A stretch of DNA of 64,000 nt from Bacteroidales bacterium UBA5219. Its GTDB lineage: Bacteria; Bacteroidota; Bacteroidia; Bacteroidales; ML635J-15. Within the stretch, counting starts at the first letter, position 1. Each line of letters opens with the position of its first letter. Positions 1 to 9,505 of this stretch are shown here, piece by piece. The notes beneath the pieces were generated by a model. The model had not been told where the DNA came from. It worked only from the letters and a program-made list of their open reading frames with translations, and did no database searches. A program made the position numbers and the translations under genes. The stretch covers positions 9,245 to 73,244 of the forward strand of contig DHVB01000054.1 in assembly GCA_002412425.1 (NCBI GenBank), read 5' to 3'.

Positions 1-251
1 TAATACTTACCGTAGATTGTTAAGGCAGTTCTGTTAATAGTTGGGATAAAGTTGAAAGCCCCACTATTACCCATAGTTCCGTTAAAAAGGTTTCCAAAAT
101 AATCAACTACAGGCATAGCATCAATACCAAGAGCAAATTCGCCTGCTTTTGGTAAAATGTTTTCGCCACGTTTTGATTTCATGTCAACCTCTTGTGCGAA
201 TAATCCTGAAACAAGGAATATTGCACAAATAAAAATTGTTAAGTGTTTCAT
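1..251 (-). CDS. Secreted/outer-membrane protein, probably a beta-barrel; 5' part only, runs off the window
   Basis: Manual translation from ATG at 251: MKHLTIFICAIFLVSGLFA|QEVDMKSKRGENILPKAGEFALGIDA..., a signal peptide with Gln at +1; open to the window edge. Confidence 0.7.
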   Translation of the reverse strand, partial: MKHLTIFICAIFLVSGLFAQEVDMKSKRGENILPKAGEFALGIDAMPVVDYFGNLFNGTMGNSGAFNFIPTINRTALTIYGKY

Positions 252-291
252 AAATCAAATTAAGTTTAGTTAAACATTAAAATTGTCAGTA

Positions 292-299
292 CAAAGATA
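292..299 (-). promoter_or_regulatory. Bacteroidota sigma-A -7 box (TATCTTTG)
   Basis: Matches TAnnTTTG about 40 nt upstream of the ATG at 251. Confidence 0.55.
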
Positions 300-420
300 C
301 TAACTTTTTTGTAAAAAATACGATTTGTGGATAAATTTAATGTTTTTTTGAGAATTTGATGCCTATGTGTTTTAAAATCAATGGTTTATATGTTGGGAAA
401 GTTTAAAATTTTGTTGTTTA

Positions 421-467
421 TAAAAAAAACTGCTTTATTAAAATAGGTAATAAAGCAGTTTTTTTTA
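421..467 (-). terminator. Intrinsic terminator after rpmH
   Basis: AAAAAAAACTGCTTTATTA-N7-TAATAAAGCAGTTTTTTTT inverted repeat with A/T tracts on both sides. Confidence 0.85.
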
Positions 468-484
468 TATGTTTTAATAAAATT

Positions 485-643
485 CTATCGTTTATGACGA
501 GGTTCGTCAGAAACTGTTAATTTTTTTCTGCCTTTTGCTCTTCTAGCAGCTAATATTTTACGACCACCAACTGTTGCCATTCTTTCTCTGAAACCGTGTT
601 TGTTTTTTCTTTTTCTGTTAGAAGGTTGAAATGTCCTTTTCAT
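485..643 (-). CDS. rpmH: 50S ribosomal protein bL34 (missed by the ORF track)
   Basis: Manual translation [52 protein letters not shown], 52 aa, canonical L34. Confidence 0.98.
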   Translation of the reverse strand: MKRTFQPSNRKRKNKHGFRERMATVGGRKILAARRAKGRKKLTVSDEPRHKR

Positions 644-687
644 TTTTATATCTTTTTAAAACGTTATCAATAAATTTTTATGGACTG

Positions 688-695
688 CAAAAATA
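688..695 (-). promoter_or_regulatory. Sigma-A -7 box for rpmH (TATTTTTG followed by CAGTCC)
   Basis: TAnnTTTG consensus; same downstream extension as the tRNA-Pro promoter. Confidence 0.6.
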
Positions 696-701
696 GTATT
701 T

Positions 702-1355
702 TTATTTTTTATTCAAAAATTTTTGTTGTTTTTTTTGACTAATTGGTAAATAAATTATTTTTTTTGTTTCAAAGTATTCATAATCAAACAGTTCGGAGAT
801 GTTGTAAATTTGAAAATTTTTAAAATTTTTTAGTTCTTCATCAAAATTACCACCCTTTAAATAAATAATTCCTTGTTTATTATGTTCTGTTTTGCTTAAA
901 ATTATGTTTTTTGCGATATTATAAAACTTTGGGAAAGCGGTTACAGCTCTGCTCACAACAAAATCGTATTTTGGCATTAATGTTTCAGCTCTTGCATTGA
1001 TGGCTGTTATATTTTGCAAATCAAGTTGTTCTTTTATAGCGGATACAACACTTATTTTTTTTGCGATGCTGTCAATTAAATCAAATTTTGTTTGGGGAAA
1101 CATTATTGCAAGTGGTATTCCTGGAAATCCACCACCAGTACCTATGTCTGCAATAGAGTGAGTTTTATCAAAATTAAACTTTACAGCTATCGAGAGAGAA
1201 TGTAAAATATGGTTGACAAATAAGTTGTCTATGTCTTTTCTGCTAATACAATTAATTTTATTATTCCATTCAGGAAAAATTATTTCTAATTGTTCAAATT
1301 GTTTAAGTTGTGTTTGGTTAATTTGCGGAAAATATTTTAATAGAACTTCTTGCAT
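702..1355 (-). CDS. rsmG: 16S rRNA m7G527 methyltransferase
   Basis: WNNKINCIS, HILHSL, DIGTGGGFPGIPLAI SAM motif, SRAV, LKG. Confidence 0.95.
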   Translation of the reverse strand: MQEVLLKYFPQINQTQLKQFEQLEIIFPEWNNKINCISRKDIDNLFVNHILHSLSIAVKFNFDKTHSIADIGTGGGFPGIPLAIMFPQTKFDLIDSIAKKISVVSAIKEQLDLQNITAINARAETLMPKYDFVVSRAVTAFPKFYNIAKNIILSKTEHNKQGIIYLKGGNFDEELKNFKNFQIYNISELFDYEYFETKKIIYLPISQKKQQKFLNKK

Positions 1356-1359
1356 TGGT

Positions 1360-1953
1360 TTATTTGTATTTGTTTGTCAAGAGTGGGGCTAATAATTCTC
1401 TAGCTCTATATAATTGTGCTTTTACTGTACCTATTGGTAAATTTAATTCTTCAGCAATTTCTTCATAAGTGAATTCTTGGTAATATCTTAGTTCTATTAG
1501 TGTTGCATATCTTGGCTTTAAAGTTTTTATTACACTTTTTAAGTCTTTTGATTTTTGTCTTTTAATTAATAAGTCTTCGGGATTAGGATTTGGAGATGTG
1601 AAATTTGGGTTATCAGAATTGTGATATTCAGATGTGCTGTCAATTGATTGAGGTCTAACTTTTACTTTTCTAACAAAATCAATGCAATTATTTATCGCAA
1701 TTCTAAATAACCATGTACTAAAAGCATAGTCGGGTGTATATTTATCAAGATTGTTAAATGCTTTTGCAAAAGTTTCCATAGTTAAATCTTCTGCATCATT
1801 TTCGTTTCCAATTTTTTTTAAAAGTAAAAAATAAATTGGGTCTTGATAACGGTCTAATAATTGAGCATAGGCTTTTTCATTACCCAATAAAGCTTGCTCA
1901 ACAATTTCTAAGTCTTTGCTGGCTTTTGCTGAAAAATTACTGCGTTCTACCAT
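1360..1953 (-). CDS. ECF RNA polymerase sigma-70 factor
   Basis: DAEDLTMETFAKAF, FSTWLFRIAINNCID (region 2); YEEIAEELNLPIGTVKAQLYRAR (region 4). Confidence 0.93.
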   Translation of the reverse strand: MVERSNFSAKASKDLEIVEQALLGNEKAYAQLLDRYQDPIYFLLLKKIGNENDAEDLTMETFAKAFNNLDKYTPDYAFSTWLFRIAINNCIDFVRKVKVRPQSIDSTSEYHNSDNPNFTSPNPNPEDLLIKRQKSKDLKSVIKTLKPRYATLIELRYYQEFTYEEIAEELNLPIGTVKAQLYRARELLAPLLTNKYK

Positions 1954-3056
1954 TGATTTTTTTTTGCTTTAAAAAACGTTTTTTTAATTAAAACTTGTAA
2001 ATAAAAAATTAATGCAAAGTTATCAAAAATAATGATATAAAAAACTGGTAGTTTATTTTTTATTTTTAAACTAAATTTTTTTAAAATAACAGAGATAATT
2101 AATATTCTTAATATCAAAAAAACACTTGTAATTAAAAGAAAAGCATTGTTTGAGAGTAAAATTATTGAAGATGTTAAAAATAAAAATCTGCTAATTAATT
2201 CAGAACCAGATATAGTTTTTTCGTATAAATTATATTTTTTAGAAGTGCTTAAATGTCGTGTTTTTTGCTTAACAAACGCTTTATAAGTTTCTTTAGTTTT
2301 AGATAGGCTTATACTTTCGTGATGAGTGCATATTGCTGTATTTTTCTTTGTCGCAACTTCAATAATAAATAAATCATCATCGCCACTTGCAATGTCTAAA
2401 TGACTTTCGAAACCTGAATTTTCTATCCATAATTTTTTAGAATAGGCAAGATTTCGCCCAACTCCCATATATGGTTTTAGCTTTTTGGCAGAAGACATAT
2501 ATGTTAGTGCAATTAGTTGAGCATCATAGCGAATGAAAGAATTTAATAAATTGTTTTCAGGTTCAAACATTCCTAAGCCTAAAACAATTTTTTTATTTGT
2601 CGAAAATTTTGAGCAAATATGTCTTAGCCAGTTATTATGTGCAGGATAGCAATCAGCATCAATAAAAACTAATTTTTCGTGTTTTGCATTTTCAATTCCT
2701 AAGCTTAGTGCATGTTTTTTACCAATATTTGGAGTTTGAGTTTTAAGAATTTTTAAATTTTTATTTTCTGCTTGAAATTTCTCTAAAATTTCTAAAGAAT
2801 TGTCAGTACATTGGTCTAAAACAACAATAACTTCAAATTCGTTAAAGTTTTGGTTTAAAATTTTTGGAAGATTTTTTTCTAAGTTTTCGGTTTCGTTTTT
2901 TGCTGCAATAATTATGCTTACTGGCTCGTCGTTAGTTGAAGCAGATAGGTTTTCTTTTTTAAAAATTACACTTGGAAATAAATAAAGATAATAAAATAAT
3001 TGAACACTTGTAGAAATGCAAAATACTATAAAAATTATTATGAGAAAAATGCTCAT
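1947..3056 (-). CDS. Family 2 glycosyltransferase, membrane-anchored
   Basis: SIIIAAKNE, GKKHAL, FIDADC (DxD), SGDDDL, QKTRH; N- and C-terminal TM helices. Confidence 0.9.
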   Translation of the reverse strand: MSIFLIIIFIVFCISTSVQLFYYLYLFPSVIFKKENLSASTNDEPVSIIIAAKNETENLEKNLPKILNQNFNEFEVIVVLDQCTDNSLEILEKFQAENKNLKILKTQTPNIGKKHALSLGIENAKHEKLVFIDADCYPAHNNWLRHICSKFSTNKKIVLGLGMFEPENNLLNSFIRYDAQLIALTYMSSAKKLKPYMGVGRNLAYSKKLWIENSGFESHLDIASGDDDLFIIEVATKKNTAICTHHESISLSKTKETYKAFVKQKTRHLSTSKKYNLYEKTISGSELISRFLFLTSSIILLSNNAFLLITSVFLILRILIISVILKKFSLKIKNKLPVFYIIIFDNFALIFYLQVLIKKTFFKAKKNQW

Positions 3057-3061
3057 TCTAT

Positions 3062-3832
3062 TTATTTAATAGCTTTACTCTCTTCCCAAATTTCGTTCAT
3101 TTCGTCCAAAGTCATGTTTTTTAGGTCTTTGCCTTGAGCTATGGTTTTTTGTTCTAAATAATTAAATCTAGTTATAAATTTTTTGTTTGTTTTTTCTAAA
3201 GCATTTTCGGGATTTATATTATAAAGACGAGCTACATTTATTAAGGCAAAAAGGAAATCTCCAAATTCTTCTTCAAATTTTTCAGAATTATTGTTTTTTA
3301 ATTCTTCTTGCATTTCAAAATATTCTTCTTTTACTTTATCCCAAACTTGTTCTTTTTCTGTCCAGTCAAAACCAACGCCTCTAGCTTTATCTTGAATTCT
3401 ATAGGCTTTAATCATTGCGGGCAAAGCTTCTGGTATTCCGCCTAAAACAGTTTTTCCTTTTCCTTCTTTTAGTTTTAGTCTTTCCCAATTTTCTTCAACA
3501 TCTTTTGCCGTTTTGACTTTTACATCTCCAAAAATATGTGGGTGTCTAAATTCTAATTTGTCGTTTATGTTTTTTATTACATCGTAAATACCAAAACTTT
3601 CTTTTTCTTCACCGATTTTTGCATAAAAAACAATATGCAATAAAATATCGCCTAATTCTTTCTTTATTTCGTTATTGTTTTCTTTTGAGATGGCTTCTGC
3701 GAGTTCATAAACTTCTTCTATTGTTAAAGTGCGAAGACTTTCGTTAGTTTGAACACTATCCCAAGGACATTCCTTTCTTAACTTATCCATTATGTCAAGA
3801 AGCCTTTTAAATTCGCTAAGTCGTTTATCCAT
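3062..3832 (-). CDS. mazG: Nucleoside triphosphate pyrophosphohydrolase MazG
   Basis: CPWD, EEVYEL, ELGDILLH, RHPHIF and second domain EEEFGDFLF. Confidence 0.95.
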   Translation of the reverse strand: MDKRLSEFKRLLDIMDKLRKECPWDSVQTNESLRTLTIEEVYELAEAISKENNNEIKKELGDILLHIVFYAKIGEEKESFGIYDVIKNINDKLEFRHPHIFGDVKVKTAKDVEENWERLKLKEGKGKTVLGGIPEALPAMIKAYRIQDKARGVGFDWTEKEQVWDKVKEEYFEMQEELKNNNSEKFEEEFGDFLFALINVARLYNINPENALEKTNKKFITRFNYLEQKTIAQGKDLKNMTLDEMNEIWEESKAIK

Positions 3833-3835
3833 AAC

Positions 3836-3861
3836 AAAAAAAGAGGCAGTTGTTTTGCCTC
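3836..3861 (-). terminator. Intrinsic terminator of the rnf operon
   Basis: Minus strand GAGGCA-AAACAAC-TGCCTC followed by T7. Confidence 0.65.
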
Positions 3862-3882
3862 AAATATAAAAATAAAATTTAT

Positions 3883-4455
3883 TTATACAATTCCTGTAAA
3901 TCCCATAAATGCTAGAGCTAATATTCCAGCAGTAACAAGTGCGATAGGTACGCCTCTCATGCCTTTAGGAACATTTAATTTATCTAAGTGTTCGCGAATA
4001 CCTGCTAAAATTACTAGAGCAAGTCCGAAGCCTATAGAAATAGATGCTCCATAAACTACACCTTGCAATAAAGTAAAATCTTTTTGAATAACTAGAATTG
4101 CAACTCCAAGTACAGCACAGTTTGTTGTGATTAAAGGTAAAAATATTCCTAGAGCTTGATAGAGTGAAGGACTTATTTTTTTAAGAATGATCTCTACCAT
4201 TTGTACTAATGAAGCAATTACTAAAATAAAAGAAATTGTTTGCAGATAAGTAATGTTTAGTGGCACTAATATGTATTGATATAATAGAAAAGTTACCATT
4301 GTTGCTAGAACTATTACAAAAGTAACGGCACCAGCCATTCCTAAAGAAGTTGAAACTTTATTAGAAACTCCAAGAAATGGACATACTCCTAAAAATTGTG
4401 CAAGAACAACGTTGTTGACGAGTATCGCAGATATTATTATTAAAATGTATTCCAT
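3883..4455 (-). CDS. rnfA: Rnf electron transport complex subunit A
   Basis: NNVVLAQFLGVCPFLGVS, LPLITTNCAVLG; operon position. Confidence 0.95.
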   Translation of the reverse strand: MEYILIIISAILVNNVVLAQFLGVCPFLGVSNKVSTSLGMAGAVTFVIVLATMVTFLLYQYILVPLNITYLQTISFILVIASLVQMVEIILKKISPSLYQALGIFLPLITTNCAVLGVAILVIQKDFTLLQGVVYGASISIGFGLALVILAGIREHLDKLNVPKGMRGVPIALVTAGILALAFMGFTGIV

Positions 4456-4460
4456 AATTT

Positions 4461-5036
4461 TTATTTTTTAATTTTATTAACTAAAGCAATTAAATAACCT
4501 AATGCAATAAAAGCACCTGGAGCTAACACAAAAACTAAAGCTCCTTGATTCATTAATTCAAATCCAAATATTTGACCAGCACCTAGTATTTCACGAATAG
4601 CTCCTAAAATTCCGAGCGCCAATGCAAAACCTAAGCCCATACCTAATCCGTCAAAAAATGATGAAACGACTGTGTTTTTACTTGCAAAAGCTTCGGCTCT
4701 ACCAAGAACGATGCAGTTTACAACAATAAGAGGAATAAATAAGCCTAATGTTTCGTAAATTGCAGGAACATAGGCTTGCATTACTAAATCTATTATTGTA
4801 ACAAATGATGCTATAACTACTATATAGGCGGGTATTCTTACTTTTGAAGGAATCATGTTTGCAATTAAAGAAATTACAACGTTTGAGCCTACAAGTACGA
4901 AAGTTGTTGCTAAACCCATTGAAATACCATTTATAGCTGATGAAGTGGTTGCTAAAGTTGGACAGGTTCCAAGTATTAGAACCAAAATAGGATTTTCTCT
5001 AATTAATCCTTTGGTAAAATTTTTCCATTGATTCAT
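4461..5036 (-). CDS. rnfE: Rnf complex subunit E
   Basis: LGTCPTLA, IPLIVVNCIVLGRAEAFA, LAPGAF. Confidence 0.95.
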   Translation of the reverse strand: MNQWKNFTKGLIRENPILVLILGTCPTLATTSSAINGISMGLATTFVLVGSNVVISLIANMIPSKVRIPAYIVVIASFVTIIDLVMQAYVPAIYETLGLFIPLIVVNCIVLGRAEAFASKNTVVSSFFDGLGMGLGFALALGILGAIREILGAGQIFGFELMNQGALVFVLAPGAFIALGYLIALVNKIKK

Positions 5037-5701
5037 TATTCTACTCCTCCTTTCTCTGTTTCATTTGTTTCTAACTCTGTTTGCTCATCAATTTCTTCTA
5101 TCACTTTACTTTCTTCTATATCTGATGAGTTATAATATTTTATAAAAGCCTCATAAGCTCTTTGTAGAGCATCAACATAAGCTAGTGAAGAAATTGTTGC
5201 TGCAGTTATTGCATCAACTTCTCCGCCGTCTTTTTTAAGATTAATATTAAATACCTTTGGATTTTTATCATTAAATTGAGAATTCCAATTAGATTTTGAT
5301 TTTGAAGCTTTATCTCCAAGTCCTGGTGTTTCAGAATGTTCTAAAACGTCATTATCAATAATAGTGCCATCTGGTTTGAAACCTACCATAACTACAATTC
5401 GTCCTCCAAAAGCATTGTCGGAATATGTTTGAACAGCAGTTCCAATTATTTCATTATTACTAACCACTTCGAAGAAAGTTAGAGAATCCTTGCCGGTTTC
5501 TGGCATTACATTAAATTCTTTGATTTCTGCCGTGCTTGCACCTGGTACAACTAAATTTATGCTATTACTTAGTTTTAGTTTTTTAGCTTGTTCTATAGGT
5601 TCTTTTGTAAATTTATAAACAAAGCCTAAAAGCACAGCAGGTATCGCTGTAATTACAAACAGCGTTACTACCATATTTACGAAACTATCTTTTTTTGCCA
5701 T
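5036..5701 (-). CDS. rnfG: Rnf complex subunit G (covalent FMN)
   Basis: N-terminal TM, HSETPGLG, DAITAATISS flavinylation motif. Confidence 0.93.
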   Translation of the reverse strand: MAKKDSFVNMVVTLFVITAIPAVLLGFVYKFTKEPIEQAKKLKLSNSINLVVPGASTAEIKEFNVMPETGKDSLTFFEVVSNNEIIGTAVQTYSDNAFGGRIVVMVGFKPDGTIIDNDVLEHSETPGLGDKASKSKSNWNSQFNDKNPKVFNINLKKDGGEVDAITAATISSLAYVDALQRAYEAFIKYYNSSDIEESKVIEEIDEQTELETNETEKGGVE

Positions 5702-5703
5702 AA

Positions 5704-6714
5704 TTATGCTTTTTTAATTGTTTCACCAAAACGTTTTGGTTTAAACCCTTTATTAATTAATGGAACGAATGCGTTCATTATTAAAATAGCGAAAGAAATT
5801 CCTTCGGGATATACTCCCCAAGTTCTGATAACTATTGTTAATACTCCAATTCCCACTCCATATACTAACATTCCTTTTTTAGTCATAGGTGAAGTAACCA
5901 TATCAGTTGCCATAAAAATTGCTCCTAGCATTATTCCTCCAGTTAGAAGGTGGAAAGCTGGGCTGGCGTAATGTACAGGATCAACTCCGTAAAGAATTGC
6001 CGAAAAAATTGCAACAGAGCCTAAAACAGCTACTGGAATATGCCAAGTAATAATTTTTCTAAACAGCATATACAAGCCTCCAAGCAGAAGTGCAAAAGCC
6101 GAAACTTCACCAAGTGAGCCACCAACATTTCCCATAAGAGCATCAGTGTAAAAATGTGGCATACCGTCAATAATACTTTGGAAACTTTCTCCATTTTTAA
6201 GTCCTTCTTTTACTATTGATAAAGGAGTAGCACCAGTTTCAGCATCTGTCATTGCAAAGTTTAAAACATTAACTTTGGGCCAAGAAGTCATTTCAACAGG
6301 GAAAGAAATTAATAAAAACACACGACCAACCAATGCTGGGTTAAAAGGATTGTTGCCTAAACCTCCAAAAGTCATTTTTGCTATTCCAATAGCTACTAAA
6401 GCACCTATAACAATAATGTACCAAGGGAGATTTGAAGGAAGGTTAAATGCTAAAATCATTCCAGTTATTATTGCTGAGCCGTCTGTTATAGTTGTTTTTT
6501 TAGCTTTAAAAAATAATTTTTGTATTCCCCATTCAAAAAACACACACGAAGCTACAGCAATTAAACTTACTCTAATTGCATCAAGTCCGAAATAATAAAC
6601 CGACACTAAAAAAGCCGGAATCATTGCAATAATCACTCCATACATGATCTTTCTAACGGAATCTTTTCCGTGAGCATGTGGAGACATCGAAACAGTTAAT
6701 CTATTTATAGTCAT
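5704..6714 (-). CDS. rnfD: Rnf complex subunit D
   Basis: SPH, FGGLGNNPFNPALVGR, TGATPL, FMATD.VTSP. Confidence 0.95.
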   Translation of the reverse strand: MTINRLTVSMSPHAHGKDSVRKIMYGVIIAMIPAFLVSVYYFGLDAIRVSLIAVASCVFFEWGIQKLFFKAKKTTITDGSAIITGMILAFNLPSNLPWYIIVIGALVAIGIAKMTFGGLGNNPFNPALVGRVFLLISFPVEMTSWPKVNVLNFAMTDAETGATPLSIVKEGLKNGESFQSIIDGMPHFYTDALMGNVGGSLGEVSAFALLLGGLYMLFRKIITWHIPVAVLGSVAIFSAILYGVDPVHYASPAFHLLTGGIMLGAIFMATDMVTSPMTKKGMLVYGVGIGVLTIVIRTWGVYPEGISFAILIMNAFVPLINKGFKPKRFGETIKKA

Positions 6715-6716
6715 TT

Positions 6717-8048
6717 TTATGATTTTTTTGCTCTTAAAATTTTATTTAAATTTGCCTTTCCAAGTCTTATATAGTCAAGGAGAGGTTGAGATGCTGGGCA
6801 AGTAAATGAACAAGAACCACATTCTATGCAATCTAGCACTCTTTCTTTTTGTAATTCTTCAAACATTGAAACTTCAGCCATGTTTTTTAGTAAATATGGT
6901 TCTAATCCCATAGGACAAACAGAAACACAGCGTCCACATCTGATGCAATTAAAACATTCTGGACGTGATGCCTTTTCTTGAGGTAAAATTAAAATGCCAG
7001 AAGTACCTTTTGCGATTGGAACATTGTTGCTAGCCAAGGCTTTTCCCATCATTGGACCTCCACTAACAATTTTTCCGCTATCTTCGGGTAAGCCTCCAGC
7101 TGCTGCAATTAGCATATCAGAAGGAGTTCCTATTCTTGTTAAAATGTTTTTAGGATTGGAAACAGATTTGCCAGTAACTGTAACAACTCTTTCAATTAGA
7201 GGTTTGTTTTTTTGTACAGCCTCGTAAATGGCAAAAACACTTCCAACATTTTGTACAACACAGCCTACATCTATAGGTAAACCACCAGAAGGAACTTCAC
7301 GCTTAGTTAATGCTTTAATTAGTTGTTTTTCCCCACCTTGTGGATATTTTACTTTTAAAGGCTGAACTTCGATATTAGAATATTTTTTAGCTTTTTCTGT
7401 TAAAAGTTGAATGGCATCTTTCTTGTTGTTTTCTATACCTATTATAACTTTTTCAGCATCAACAAGTTTTTGAATAAGTTTACAACCTACCAAAATTTCA
7501 TCAGCTTTTTCTAACATAAGTTGATGGTCGGCAGTTAGATAAGGCTCACATTCAACAGCGTTGATAATGAGGTGTTTACAAGTTTTGCCGGGAGGAATAG
7601 AAAGTTTTACATGAGTTGGAAAAGTTGCTCCTCCCATTCCCACAATACCATTTTTTATAATTCTGTTTTTAATTTCTTCAGCTGAAATATCTAAATTATC
7701 AACTAAGTCTTTACTTCTGTCAATATCTTCGAGCCATTCATCGTTTTCAACTTCAATAATAATACAATTTTGTTTGTATCCACTAGAGTCGAGAACTTTA
7801 TCAATTTTTAAAACTTTTCCCGAAACAGAAGAATGTATGTTTGCAGAAACAAAACCAGAGCTTTTTGCAATTAATTGACCCACTTTAACAGTATCGTCTT
7901 TTGCAACAATAGGTTCGGCAGGGCTTCCAATATGTTGAGATATTGGAATGCTTACTATTTTAGGCAAGTCAATAGTTTCTATTTTTTTGCCAGCCGAGAA
8001 TTTGTTCTCTTTTGGATGAATGCCACCGAGTGGAAATGTTTTTAACAC
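6717..8048 (-). CDS. rnfC: Rnf complex subunit C
   Basis: QHIG, GMGGATFPTHVK, ECEPYLTAD, two 4Fe-4S CxxCxxCxxxCP motifs. Confidence 0.96.
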   Translation of the reverse strand: MLKTFPLGGIHPKENKFSAGKKIETIDLPKIVSIPISQHIGSPAEPIVAKDDTVKVGQLIAKSSGFVSANIHSSVSGKVLKIDKVLDSSGYKQNCIIIEVENDEWLEDIDRSKDLVDNLDISAEEIKNRIIKNGIVGMGGATFPTHVKLSIPPGKTCKHLIINAVECEPYLTADHQLMLEKADEILVGCKLIQKLVDAEKVIIGIENNKKDAIQLLTEKAKKYSNIEVQPLKVKYPQGGEKQLIKALTKREVPSGGLPIDVGCVVQNVGSVFAIYEAVQKNKPLIERVVTVTGKSVSNPKNILTRIGTPSDMLIAAAGGLPEDSGKIVSGGPMMGKALASNNVPIAKGTSGILILPQEKASRPECFNCIRCGRCVSVCPMGLEPYLLKNMAEVSMFEELQKERVLDCIECGSCSFTCPASQPLLDYIRLGKANLNKILRAKKS

Positions 8049-8081
8049 GTTTTCAATCTCCTATAATTAATTAGTATTGTT

Positions 8082-8939
8082 TTAATTCACTAAAGTTTCA
8101 TTTTCTTCAAGTTTTTCTTTTTTTTGTGGAAAATTTATTTCCAAAATTGCACCTGTTGGACAAACTGAAGCACATTTTCTACAAAGTTTACACTTTGAAA
8201 AGTCTATATAAGCTAAAGAGTTTTCTATGCTAATTGCTTCGAACTTACATTCTTTAGCGCATTTGCCACAGCCAATGCAAGCTACATCACAAGCACGTTT
8301 TGCATCAGCTCCCTTGTCTTTGTTTATGCAAGAAACGTAAATTCTGCGATTGTTTTTACCTTTATTTCTGAGTTCAATAATATTTTTTGGACATGCTTTT
8401 ACACACAAACCGCAGGCAACACATTTTTCTTCGTCAACAACAGGTAAGCCACGTTTTTCGTCTATATGAATTGCATCGAAAGGACAAGCTGTTACGCAAT
8501 CTCCCAAGCCTAAACAGCCATATGCACAATCAGTATCGCCACTAAATAGAGAATGTTCAATAGCACAACTTGAAGGACCATCAAATATTCTAGTCTTTTT
8601 TCTATTTTCGAAACTTCCATTGCATCTTACAACTGCAATTTGAGGTTCTTTTTCTTCAACACTTAATCCCATGGCTTCGGCAATTTTTTTCATTCCCTCA
8701 CTTCCAGCTGCAGGACAATTCATATTATCTAAACTGCCATTTTTCACAACTGTTTCTGCAAAGCCTCTGCAGCCAGGATAACCACAACCACCGCAATTTG
8801 CACCGGGTAAAAGTTCTTGAATTGTGTCTATTCTAGGATCTTCAACAACTTTAAATTTTTGAGCAACAAAATATAGAATCACTGCTAAAATTGCTCCCAG
8901 CAAACTCAAAGTAATTAAGGTATTTATAATAATCTCCAT
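8082..8939 (-). CDS. rnfB: Rnf complex subunit B (polyferredoxin)
   Basis: LPGANCGGCGYPGC and multiple ferredoxin motifs. Confidence 0.95.
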   Translation of the reverse strand: MEIIINTLITLSLLGAILAVILYFVAQKFKVVEDPRIDTIQELLPGANCGGCGYPGCRGFAETVVKNGSLDNMNCPAAGSEGMKKIAEAMGLSVEEKEPQIAVVRCNGSFENRKKTRIFDGPSSCAIEHSLFSGDTDCAYGCLGLGDCVTACPFDAIHIDEKRGLPVVDEEKCVACGLCVKACPKNIIELRNKGKNNRRIYVSCINKDKGADAKRACDVACIGCGKCAKECKFEAISIENSLAYIDFSKCKLCRKCASVCPTGAILEINFPQKKEKLEENETLVN

Positions 8940-8951
8940 ATAGTAAAAAGT

Positions 8952-9371
8952 TTAAATTTTTTTTATACTAAAACTAAATTCTTTTTTAAGTTTATTTTTA
9001 AATAAATAAAGTAAGGTATAATACGGAATTAATGTCAAAATTGAAATAATCCCTGCTAAAGCTTCACTTAAACCAATAATAGTGCAAATGATTAAAGCAA
9101 TTAAAATAACAAAAAATGGTAGGATATAAGCCAAGAATAATGCTTTTCCACCAAGGGATTGACGCATTATTACTTTTACAGTTTCACCAATTTTGTAGGA
9201 AATATTATTATTATCAAAAATTTCTATGGTTTTTTGTGAACTATCAAAACTACACAATGATCTTGAATGACATGTAGCACAAGCAGAAAGTACAGTTAAT
9301 TCAACAGTGATTTTTCCATCATTAATGTCTATTACTGTTCCGTCGTGTTCGATGGTTGATTTTGTGTTCAT
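8952..9371 (-). CDS. rseC: RseC/MucC family protein
   Basis: SACATCHSRSLC Cys cluster, AYILP, two TM helices; leads the rnf operon. Confidence 0.88.
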   Translation of the reverse strand: MNTKSTIEHDGTVIDINDGKITVELTVLSACATCHSRSLCSFDSSQKTIEIFDNNNISYKIGETVKVIMRQSLGGKALFLAYILPFFVILIALIICTIIGLSEALAGIISILTLIPYYTLLYLFKNKLKKEFSFSIKKI

Positions 9372-9390
9372 TTTTATAAAATAAATATTG

Positions 9391-9398
9391 CAAATTTA
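9391..9398 (-). promoter_or_regulatory. Sigma-A -7 box of the rseC-rnf operon (TAAATTTG)
   Basis: TAnnTTTG 20 nt upstream of the rseC start. Confidence 0.55.
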
Positions 9399-9505
9399 AA
9401 ATATTTACATTCTAAATTTTTTTTTTTTAAAAATATTATTAACAATTTGCTTAATTTAGAATCAGTTTAAATTGCTTTATGCAAAAATAGGAGTTGTTGT
9501 TGGAT

